Below, piece by piece: positions 55,395-63,087 of a DNA stretch of 64,000 nucleotides. The translations under genes were made by a program, and so were the position numbers. Under the pieces are notes generated by a model, which was not told where the DNA came from, ran no database searches, and saw only the letters and a program-made list of their open reading frames with translations. Source of the DNA: an uncultured Actinomycetes bacterium (GTDB taxonomy: Bacteria > Actinomycetota > Thermoleophilia > Gaiellales > Gaiellaceae); NCBI GenBank assembly GCA_963728535.1, contig CAVSKK010000002.1, forward strand, positions 7,390-71,389. The letters are read 5' to 3'. Position 1 is the first letter of the stretch. The number at the start of each line of letters is the position of its first letter.

Positions 55395-55754
55395 CTAGGA
55401 GGGTCGTGCGAGGCGGATCGCTTCGAGCACGTGCTCGTCGCGGCCTTCGCGAAGAGAGTCCGCGAGGCGACCCGGCCCGGCGGACATTCCCGCCCGTGCC
55501 GTCAGGACGCCGTAGAGCCGATCGTCGTCCAAGCCGCGCTCCCTTGCCTCTCGCACGAGCCTCGGGACGATCGCCAGTGGCCGCCATTCCTCGTCGAACT
55601 GCCAGAGCGGGTAGTAGTGCTCGCGCGCTCCCTCGGGGCGGTACGCGATCAACTCGCCGGCGCGGCGCATCGACTCCAGTCGCAGCGGCTCCATGCCGAG
55701 CCGGACCGCGAGCCAGGAGGCCGAAAGAGAGTCCTCTGCGACTCGGGTAGCCAA
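55395..55754 (-). CDS. hypothetical protein, possible HTH plus Xre/MbcA/ParS-like C-terminal domain
   Basis: SLSASWLAVRLGMEPLRLESMRRAGEL (HTH-like) and a C-terminal region ...GPGRLADSLREGRDEHVLEAIRLA. Start uncertain (TTG 55754 or ATG 55694). Confidence 0.45.
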   Translation of the reverse strand: MATRVAEDSLSASWLAVRLGMEPLRLESMRRAGELIAYRPEGAREHYYPLWQFDEEWRPLAIVPRLVREARERGLDDDRLYGVLTARAGMSAGPGRLADSLREGRDEHVLEAIRLARPS

Positions 55755-55776
55755 GTAAGGGAGCCTATCGCAGGGC

Positions 55777-56724
55777 CTACGGAGTCTCTCCGGCGAGGAT
55801 CGCCGCCAGCTTCGATGCGTCGATGTTGCCTCCTGAGACAACGCAAACGACCTTACCGCCACCGGCTTTGCCGGACAGGGCCGTGGCGACCGGCGTTGCC
55901 CCTGCGCCTTCGGCCACGATCCGTGCTCGCTCGGCGAGCAGGCGCACGGCCGCGGCGATCTCGTCGAGCTCTGCGACGAGCGAGCCGTCGACGAGCTCCC
56001 GGGTCAGCTCGAACATCTCGGGGAACACCTCAGGCGCGCCGATCCCGTCCACGAAGCTCGGCTCGTAGTCGACCCTCGTCAGCTCCCCGGCCGCCAGCGA
56101 GGCGGCAAGCGGGGCCGCGGTCGCCGCCTCGCACGCGTACACCTTGCAGCCGGGCACAAGCGCACGCAGCCCCGAAGCGATGCCACAGGCAAGACCGCCG
56201 CCGCCGTAGGGGATGACCACCGCGTCGGGGTTGGGCAGGTCCTCGAGGATTTCGAGTGCGATCGTCCCGTTGCCCGCCATGACCGCCGGATCGCTAAAGG
56301 CATGCACGAAAAGACCCTCGAGACCCTCGTGGGCGTGTGTCCGGAAGATCTCGAGCCAGTCGTCGAACGACACCGCGACGATCTCGGCTCCCAACCGCCG
56401 AATGGCGGCGACCTTCGTTTCCGGAGCGGTGTCCGGGATCACGACCGAGCAGCGAAGGCCGAGCCGTCGGGCCCACCAGGCGACTCCCTGCGCCATGTTG
56501 CCGGCGCTTGCAGTCCACACTCCGCCTGCGAGCTCGTCCGGGGAGGCGAGCGCCAGGGCGTTGCCCGCGCCTCGCAACTTGAAGGAGCCGATCGGCTGCA
56601 GGTTCTCGAGCTTCAGATAGAGCTCGGCAGGTGCGTCGGAGACTTCGAGCCGGACGAGCGGCGTGCGGAGGACCGCGCCCGCGATGCGCTCGCGCGCGGC
56701 CTCGATCTCGGCGAGCGGGATCAG
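55777..56724 (-). CDS. PLP-dependent threonine/serine dehydratase-family enzyme
   Basis: PLP-lysine motif LQPIGSFKLRGAGN, glycine loop PYGGGGL. The conserved N-terminus is in frame upstream of the ORF-track start. The only start candidate there is a CTG at 56724 overlapping the upstream TGA. Confidence 0.85.
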   Translation of the reverse strand: MIPLAEIEAARERIAGAVLRTPLVRLEVSDAPAELYLKLENLQPIGSFKLRGAGNALALASPDELAGGVWTASAGNMAQGVAWWARRLGLRCSVVIPDTAPETKVAAIRRLGAEIVAVSFDDWLEIFRTHAHEGLEGLFVHAFSDPAVMAGNGTIALEILEDLPNPDAVVIPYGGGGLACGIASGLRALVPGCKVYACEAATAAPLAASLAAGELTRVDYEPSFVDGIGAPEVFPEMFELTRELVDGSLVAELDEIAAAVRLLAERARIVAEGAGATPVATALSGKAGGGKVVCVVSGGNIDASKLAAILAGETP

Positions 56725-57656
56725 AGCGCGACCTCGGTGCCCACACCGAGCTCGATCGCACGGCTGTACACGAGCCCGGCCGCGTTCGCGTCCTCGACCG
56801 CGTGCCCCATCGACTTGTAAACGGTGATCTGCTCGGGCGAGGTACGACCGTCGCGGGTCCCGGCCAGCACCTCGCCGAGCTCTGCCGCGGCTTCGGGGTC
56901 GAGACCCTGGAGCTCGTGAGCGCCGGCGGGATAGGGCTCGAAGGCGACGCGCGACTCGACCACGAGCAGTCCGGCCTCCACAGTCGATCGATCGAGCTCA
57001 GGCCCAGCGCCGGAAGCGCCGACCGAGGTGACGTGCGCGCCGTCGACCAACCATTCGCGGCGCAGCACGGGCTCGCCGGCATCGGTGCACGCGCAGACGA
57101 CGTCGGAGCCCCGCACGGCGTCCTCAAACGAGGCGCAAGCAGTGGCCCCGAGCTCTCCTGCGAGCGCCTCGGCGTGGTCGCGGGTGCGGCTTGCGATGCG
57201 GATCTCGGCAAAGTCGCGCACTCGGGTGACAGCGTCGAGGTGCGCACGACCCTGAACGCCGGCGCCGAGCACGGCGAGCACACGGGCGTCCTCCCGTGCG
57301 AGCGCGCGTGTAGCGACAGCGGACGCCGCGCCGGTGCGGATGGCTGTGATCGCCGTCCCGTCCATGAGCGCGAGTGGCGAGCCGTTCTCGTCGTCGAACA
57401 GGGCGATCAGCGCCTGATGCGTGGGCAAGCCGACGGCGTGGTTGCCCGCGAAGACGGAGACGAGCTTCGTCTCGAGCACGCCGTCGAGGTAGCCGGGCAT
57501 CGCGCCGAGCAGTCCGCGGCCCGGCACGAGCGCGGCCGTCCGCGGCGGAACCGAAGCGCGACCGGCGCTCAGCTCGACGAATGCGCCCTCGAGGGAATCG
57601 ATGAGGAGCTCCAGGTCGAGCAACCGGCGAACCTCGGCCTGTGTGAGGACGAGCAA
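56721..57656 (-). CDS. ornithine cyclodeaminase / mu-crystallin family protein
   Basis: ITAIRTGAASAVATRALA and Rossmann motif AVLGAGVQGRAHL. Confidence 0.9.
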   Translation of the reverse strand: MLVLTQAEVRRLLDLELLIDSLEGAFVELSAGRASVPPRTAALVPGRGLLGAMPGYLDGVLETKLVSVFAGNHAVGLPTHQALIALFDDENGSPLALMDGTAITAIRTGAASAVATRALAREDARVLAVLGAGVQGRAHLDAVTRVRDFAEIRIASRTRDHAEALAGELGATACASFEDAVRGSDVVCACTDAGEPVLRREWLVDGAHVTSVGASGAGPELDRSTVEAGLLVVESRVAFEPYPAGAHELQGLDPEAAAELGEVLAGTRDGRTSPEQITVYKSMGHAVEDANAAGLVYSRAIELGVGTEVAL

Positions 57657-57658
57657 GG

Positions 57659-58420
57659 CTAGCCGGGAAGCAGACCGAGGGTCTCGAGGCCGTCGATCGG
57701 CTCCTGTGCGCTACAGCTGCCGAAGCCGACGAAGAGCTCCTGTCTGACCTGGGCGATCTGCTCCGCGCCGACCGAGCGCTCCCGCCAGCTGAAGGCGTCG
57801 GCGCTCACCGTGAAGGCGGATTCATCTTCCTCGGCCAGCGCCTCCTCCTCGTCGCCGTCGAAGACGGCCGCCGCGAGCAGGTTGAGAAAGCCGTGCTCGT
57901 CGCCGGTACGAACCGGGTGATGGAGCCCGGCCGTCGCCTTGAACGGCACGCCTAGCCTGCGGCACGCGGAGACGAACCCGGCGAGATCGGGAACTCGCGG
58001 CGTGGTCGCGCCGCCGCACCGCACCTTCGCCCGGATTCCGAGCTCGCCGAGCTGGAGGATCCGGAACGACACGTCGTAGCGCAGGGGCAGCTCGCAGTAG
58101 ACCTCCGGCGCGGCGTCGATCATCACCTCGGGGTCGATCCCCGCGGCCTCGACAGCCTCGATCCGCTCGTCGGCCTCCGCGAGCCGGCCCTCGTCGAGGA
58201 CGACGGAGAGCCGGAACGGCTCGTCGCCGAGCTCCGCAAGCTTCGAGGCGGGGCAGACGAAGCGGTTGACGATCCAGCCGGTGTCGCCGTCACGGACGCG
58301 CTGGTGCTCGGCCAGCCCCTCGGCGAGTGGCAGCTGAGCGGGCGGAAAGGTCGGAGCGTGGTCGATCAGTCCAGCGAACAGCGCGCGGCGAGCGTCGGTC
58401 GTCGTGTTTGGTGGATTCAC
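57659..58420 (-). CDS. conserved hypothetical protein (253 aa), first gene of the OCD/dehydratase operon
   Basis: Clean ORF abutting the OCD gene. Segment VPFKATAGLHHPVR. No family recognised. Confidence 0.6.
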   Translation of the reverse strand: MNPPNTTTDARRALFAGLIDHAPTFPPAQLPLAEGLAEHQRVRDGDTGWIVNRFVCPASKLAELGDEPFRLSVVLDEGRLAEADERIEAVEAAGIDPEVMIDAAPEVYCELPLRYDVSFRILQLGELGIRAKVRCGGATTPRVPDLAGFVSACRRLGVPFKATAGLHHPVRTGDEHGFLNLLAAAVFDGDEEEALAEEDESAFTVSADAFSWRERSVGAEQIAQVRQELFVGFGSCSAQEPIDGLETLGLLPG

Positions 58421-58459
58421 GCCGTTGAGCGTAATTCAGAGGCATCATGCGCGGACCAC

Positions 58460-58993
58460 ATGAGAAGGCTCATCCTCCTGCCGTTGCTGCTGACACTTGC
58501 AGCCGCAGGCTGTGGCGCGAGCGACGTTCCTTCATTCGGCCCGACGACCAGCACGCCGACAACGGCCCCCCGCGAGACGCTGCCTTCAGCAGTCGCGAAG
58601 AAGAGGGACGCAATCGTCGCCGCTGCGCACGCCTTCGACTATGACCGCCTCGAGACGCTTCTCGATCGCAAGACCTTCTCGTATTCCTTTGGTGAGAGGG
58701 GCAATCCGGTGGGCTACTGGCGCCGGCTCGAGGAGGAAGGAGAGGTCCCGATCCTGGGCGACTACCTGCCGGTGATCCTCAGTGCGCCCTACGCGAAGCG
58801 CCGGGACACCTATGTCTGGCCCAGCGCGTACGGGAAACGCCCGTCCAGCTGGACCGCGGAAGACAGGCAGTGGCTCACGAATTTCTATACCGAGCAGGAG
58901 ATCCGCCAATTCGAGCGTGCCGGTGACTACCTGGGCTGGCGCGTGGGGATCCGCAGGGACGGCACGTGGCTCTTCTTTGTCTCCGGTGACTGA
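58460..58993 (+). CDS. lipoprotein, function unknown
   Basis: Internal ATG at 58460. Lipobox LLLTLAAAGC. Confidence 0.7.
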   Translation: MRRLILLPLLLTLAAAGCGASDVPSFGPTTSTPTTAPRETLPSAVAKKRDAIVAAAHAFDYDRLETLLDRKTFSYSFGERGNPVGYWRRLEEEGEVPILGDYLPVILSAPYAKRRDTYVWPSAYGKRPSSWTAEDRQWLTNFYTEQEIRQFERAGDYLGWRVGIRRDGTWLFFVSGD

Positions 58994-59139
58994 TCAAAGG
59001 CGGCGCGGCTCTCCGTAGTAACTACTCGACGCAGTTCCCCTAAAAGTGCAGGCGATAGCACGTTTCGGGCGGGTGCCTGATGCCGATGAGAGACGTGAGG
59101 CCAGATCTTCCGGCCGCCCGCGGCATAGAAGGGTCCACC

Positions 59140-59652
59140 ATGTTTCAGAAGCTTTTCCTCATCGTTGGCACCTTGGCCATCCTCGGCGCGGCGATCGTCA
59201 TGCCGGCCGGCGCTGTTACGCCGGCCAGCTTCACGCTGACCGCGGGGGCGCTTTCGATCAGCGCGCCGACAGGTAGCGTCTCGCTTGGCTCGCAGGTTGC
59301 GTCTACGAGTGCAAGCACGATCACGGGCCCCCTCGGCGTCGTCACCGTCTCGGACCAGCGCGGCGGCCCGACGACCTGGACGGCATCTGTCATCTCAACC
59401 GCGTTTACGCCACCTGCCGGCCCGGCCGACCCGGCCAGCAACGTCAGCTATGCCGCGGGCACGATCACTCAGTCAGCGACCGTGGTCGCGACGGGCACTC
59501 CCGCTTCGGATCTGACCGGGGTCACGGCGGTCGTCACCGGCACGAGCACGGGCATCAGCACTGCCAGCTGGAACCCAAGCATCTCGGTGCTCGTCCCGGC
59601 GAACTTCGCTCCCGGCGTTTACTCGGCCACGATCACGCACTCCGTCGCCTAG
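59140..59652 (+). CDS. WxL-domain-like secreted surface protein
   Basis: Signal peptide. LSISAPTGSVSLGSQ...GPLGVVTVSDQRGGPTTWTASV...VPANFAPGVYSATITHSV follows the WxL-domain layout known from Gram-positive surface clusters. Confidence 0.55.
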   Translation: MFQKLFLIVGTLAILGAAIVMPAGAVTPASFTLTAGALSISAPTGSVSLGSQVASTSASTITGPLGVVTVSDQRGGPTTWTASVISTAFTPPAGPADPASNVSYAAGTITQSATVVATGTPASDLTGVTAVVTGTSTGISTASWNPSISVLVPANFAPGVYSATITHSVA

Positions 59653-59656
59653 GCGC

Positions 59657-60671
59657 GTGGACAGACGAGTCATGCTCGGTCGCCTAATCGGCGTGTCGCT
59701 GCTCGCCGGGATCGTCTTCCCGGCCGGTGCGCTCGCCGGAGGCAGCATCGGAATCAGGCTCGTCGATCGGCTCGCCAGACTCTGGCGGCAACCCTCTGGC
59801 GCGCGTCTACGTCGTCGACCGGGTAGCACCCGGGTCGGACCATCAGCCGCCGTGTCGAGATCAGCAACAGCACGAGCTCGACCGCCACCGTCATGGTCTA
59901 TGCGGCCGCCGCCAGCCTCCGACGCGGCAGAGTTCGCCTTCGCTCCCGGCCACACTCGAAACGAGCTTTCCACGTGGACGTCGGTGAGTCGACGCCAACT
60001 GCGCGTCCCGGCGGATGGCAAGGCGATTCGAGACGATGACGATCAAGGTGCCGAAGGATGCGTCGGCCGGCGAGCGCTACGCGGTCATCTGGGCTGAGGT
60101 CTCGGCGCCATCCTCGGCCGCAGGCGGCGTCAGGCTCGTCAATCGAGTTGGCGTCCGGATGTATCTCTCGATCGGCCCCGGCGGCTCGGCTCGGTCAAAC
60201 TTCACGATCCGCTCGCTCACCGCGAAGCGCTCCGTGTCCGGGCGGCCGTTCGTCATCGCGAAAGTGCGCAACAGCGGCAGGCGTACGCTCGACATCAGCG
60301 GCACCCTGACACTCTCCAGAGGCCCAGGCGGACTTCGCGCCGGGCCGTTTCCCGTCAAGCTCCGAACCGCTCTTGCGCCGGGCACCTCCGACCAGCTGAC
60401 CGTGCAGCTCGACAGGCGTCTCCCCCGAGGGCCCTGGCGGGCCCGGATGCGGCTCAGGAGCGGACTAGTTCAGCGAGTCGCCGTCGCGACCATCACCTTC
60501 CCCCGCGTTGCGAGCGCGGCGAAACCGCCGCTATCGAGGAGTAATCCGCCGGGGTCGCATCATCTCGTTCTGGCGATCCTCGGCGTCCTGCTCTCGATCG
60601 GCGCGCTGGCGCTCCTGCGCTTCCGGCGAGCGCTGTGGGGACGCGTGCACCTAGGCGCTCGCGCCGCTTAG
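59657..60671 (+). pseudogene. DUF916/DUF3324-like cell-surface protein gene with four apparent +1 frame shifts in the N-terminal third
   Basis: A coherent sequence appears only by joining frames. These are MLGRLIGVSLLAGIVFPAGALAGGSIGIRLVD, then SPDSGGNPLARVYVVDRVAPGS, then TISRRVEISNSTSSTATVMVYAAAASL, then DAAEFAFAPGHTRNELSTWTSVSRRQLRVPADGKA, then FETMTIKVPKDASAGERYAVIWAEV... The segment from 60015 to the C-terminal TM anchor is intact. Confidence 0.6.
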
Positions 60672-60685
60672 CCTCCGCGAGTCGT

Positions 60686-61117
60686 TCAGCCCGAAGAGAT
60701 GTACTCGGTCAGGTACTGAATCTCGAAGCTCTGCTTCTTCGACTTGAACTTCACGAGATCACCGATCGAGACCATCCCCACGACCTCGCTGCCTTCGACG
60801 ACCGGGACGTGGCGAATCCGGCGGTCGGTCATGAGCGCCATGCACTCGTCGATCGTCGTCTCCGGTGTGACGACGATCAGCGGCGACGACATGATCTCCT
60901 CGACGGTGACTTCCTCGTCCGTCGGGCCTTCGTGCGCCACGCGCCGCAGGTAGTCCCGTTCGGTGACGATTCCGGCGGTTTCGCCGTCCTTCGTCACGAG
61001 CAGCGACCCGATGTTCGCCTCGATCATCTGCTTCACCGCCTCCAGCACCGAGGCCCCCGCATCGATCCGGAGCACATCGTGGCCCTTGTCTCCGAGGATC
61101 TCCGAGACCTGGTTCAT
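60686..61117 (-). CDS. CBS domain pair protein
   Basis: Two CBS motifs (GSLLVTKDGETAGIVTERD; RHVPVVEGSEVVGMVSIGD). ATG at 61117 follows GAAGGAGG. Confidence 0.9.
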   Translation of the reverse strand: MNQVSEILGDKGHDVLRIDAGASVLEAVKQMIEANIGSLLVTKDGETAGIVTERDYLRRVAHEGPTDEEVTVEEIMSSPLIVVTPETTIDECMALMTDRRIRHVPVVEGSEVVGMVSIGDLVKFKSKKQSFEIQYLTEYISSG

Positions 61118-61189
61118 GTCGCCTCCTTCGCCGATGGCGAGAGCATGGTGGGTCGTGCTGATCATTACACGACCGGCTCCTGGGCGCTG

Positions 61190-61714
61190 TTACCCGGCCG
61201 GCACGACGAGCTCGTAGGCTCGTATCGTCCGGTCGCTCCGTCTGAGCGGGACTTCGCCGAGATCTCGCAACACCACCGCGCCGAGATCCTGGTCCTCGAG
61301 CAAGCCGGCCACCGCCTGCGTGACGAAGATCTGCCCGCCCTCGGCGGCGTCGCAGAGCTCTTCGCAGCGGGCCACCACCGGGCCGTCCCAGCCAACCTCT
61401 GCCGTCCCGGAATCGAGCCCGACGCTCATCGCCAGCTCCCGTTTGTGCGGCCAGGCATGGGCGGCGACGGCGCGCTGGACGGCGACAGCCGCGAGGACTG
61501 CTTCCTTGGCGGTCGGGAAGAGCGCCATCGCCGTGTCGGAATCGAAGTCGACGTTGCGCCCACCCATGCTCTCCAGCACCTGCCGCAGGAGCCGTTGATA
61601 CTCCTCGAGGAGCGCGTCAAAGGCCTCCGGCGGCAGTTCGGCCGCGAGACGCATCATGCGCCGGCCCTCGCCCACGAAGATCGTGACGGTTCCGGTCGAC
61701 AGCTCGGTCCTCAA
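61190..61714 (-). CDS. class III nucleotidyl-cyclase-like domain protein, probably catalytically degenerate
   Basis: GTVTIFVGEGRRM replaces the usual GTVTFLFTDIEGST. The rest follows the cyclase homology domain (MSVGLDSGTAEV...CDAAEGGQIFVT). The TTG start abuts the upstream stop. Confidence 0.65.
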   Translation of the reverse strand: MRTELSTGTVTIFVGEGRRMMRLAAELPPEAFDALLEEYQRLLRQVLESMGGRNVDFDSDTAMALFPTAKEAVLAAVAVQRAVAAHAWPHKRELAMSVGLDSGTAEVGWDGPVVARCEELCDAAEGGQIFVTQAVAGLLEDQDLGAVVLRDLGEVPLRRSDRTIRAYELVVPAG

Positions 61715-63001
61715 CTACCGCCGCAGCGCGAAGGTCCGCTTCGCCGTGCTCGCGTTTCCTGCCAGGTCGACTGCCCGCGCGGAGATGGTTGCGCGAGCGC
61801 TCTTGCCCTGCGCAATCAGGCGTGCAACGCGTCTCGCCGCCGAGCGTGAGAGCGCGAGCTTTAAGACCTTCCGGCCCGGGGTGCCGAGCTTGGCGGACGC
61901 CCGGCTCAAACGTACCGGCCTAATCCGAGAACGGCAACGTGCCGATGCGCGCGCGCAAGAGTGGCCGGTGAACCTGATTGTCCCTATGACGCTGAGCGCG
62001 CAGGCCTCGTCGCAGGAGGCTTTCACGATCACGCCCTTCTGCTTGCCCACGGGCTGACGCGCGCGAGCGGCCAGCCCGATCTCCGGCGCGAATCTGTCCA
62101 GGCTGGTCGCGTAGGCGATCTTCGCCCCATCGGGCGACCAGGAGGGCTCGTAGTCTCCTCGGCGCGGGTCGCGGGACAGATTCGTCGGCGCGCTGCCGTC
62201 GGCGTTCATCACCCAGATCTCGCCGGAGCCGGTCGAGGCGACCGTGTAGGCGATCTTCGTCCCGTCCGGTGACCACTCGGGGAAGTACTCGCGGCCGCCG
62301 TGCGTCAGACGCGTTCGGCCGCTCCCGTCGGCGTTGATCACGTCGATGAAGGCAGTCGCAATCGAGCCCCCGGTCAGGGCGATCCTGGAGCCGTCGGGCG
62401 ACCAGTCCGGGTACACGTCGTACTGGGAGTCACGGGTGAGGCGGGTTTGCGCGCTGCCGTCCGCGTTCATCACGTAGATGTCGCCCTTGCTGCTGAAGGC
62501 GATCTTCGTTCCGTCGGGCGACCACGCAGGGCTGTGGTCGTCGGTCTGCGACTCCCGGGTGAGATTTGTCTGCCCGCTACCGTCCGCGTTCATCACGTAG
62601 ATCTCATAGTCGTCGTCCCGGTCGGTCTCGAACGCGATCCTCTTGCCGTCTGGCGACCAGTCCGGGAAGGCGTCATCCGCGCTCCGGTTCACCGTCAGCC
62701 GAGTGGGCGCGCTGCCGTCCGCGTTCAGCACGTAGATCTCCCAGCTTTCGTCTCGCTCGCTGGAGATTGCGATCTTCGTGCCGTCGGGCGACCAGACCGG
62801 TGCGTCGTCGCCGTCCTGGTTCTGAGTGAGCGCTGTCTTCCCGCTCCCGTCGGCGGCCATGAAGTAGATCTCGGGGGCAGAGGTGGCGAGGCCGGTGAGC
62901 GTTGCCGCGTTCGACGTCGAACCCGCGCTGAGGCCCAGGAGAGACGCGGCGACCCCCACAAGGCCGGCCGCCATTCGGATGCCACCGCCGAACCGCAACA
63001 C
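61715..63001 (-). CDS. secreted PD40/TolB-like beta-propeller repeat protein
   Basis: Signal peptide, then at least 6 repeats of P-x-WSPDG-x-[KR]IA[FY]...[ED]IYVMNADGS. Basic C-terminal beta-domain. Confidence 0.88.
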   Translation of the reverse strand: MLRFGGGIRMAAGLVGVAASLLGLSAGSTSNAATLTGLATSAPEIYFMAADGSGKTALTQNQDGDDAPVWSPDGTKIAISSERDESWEIYVLNADGSAPTRLTVNRSADDAFPDWSPDGKRIAFETDRDDDYEIYVMNADGSGQTNLTRESQTDDHSPAWSPDGTKIAFSSKGDIYVMNADGSAQTRLTRDSQYDVYPDWSPDGSRIALTGGSIATAFIDVINADGSGRTRLTHGGREYFPEWSPDGTKIAYTVASTGSGEIWVMNADGSAPTNLSRDPRRGDYEPSWSPDGAKIAYATSLDRFAPEIGLAARARQPVGKQKGVIVKASCDEACALSVIGTIRFTGHSCARASARCRSRIRPVRLSRASAKLGTPGRKVLKLALSRSAARRVARLIAQGKSARATISARAVDLAGNASTAKRTFALRR

Positions 63002-63087
63002 CGCTGCTCCCTTTCTCCTGGCCGCGTAGCAACGCTACTTCGGACGCGAACCTCCGTCAATGAATGCGTCCTCTAGGGTCATGCCCT

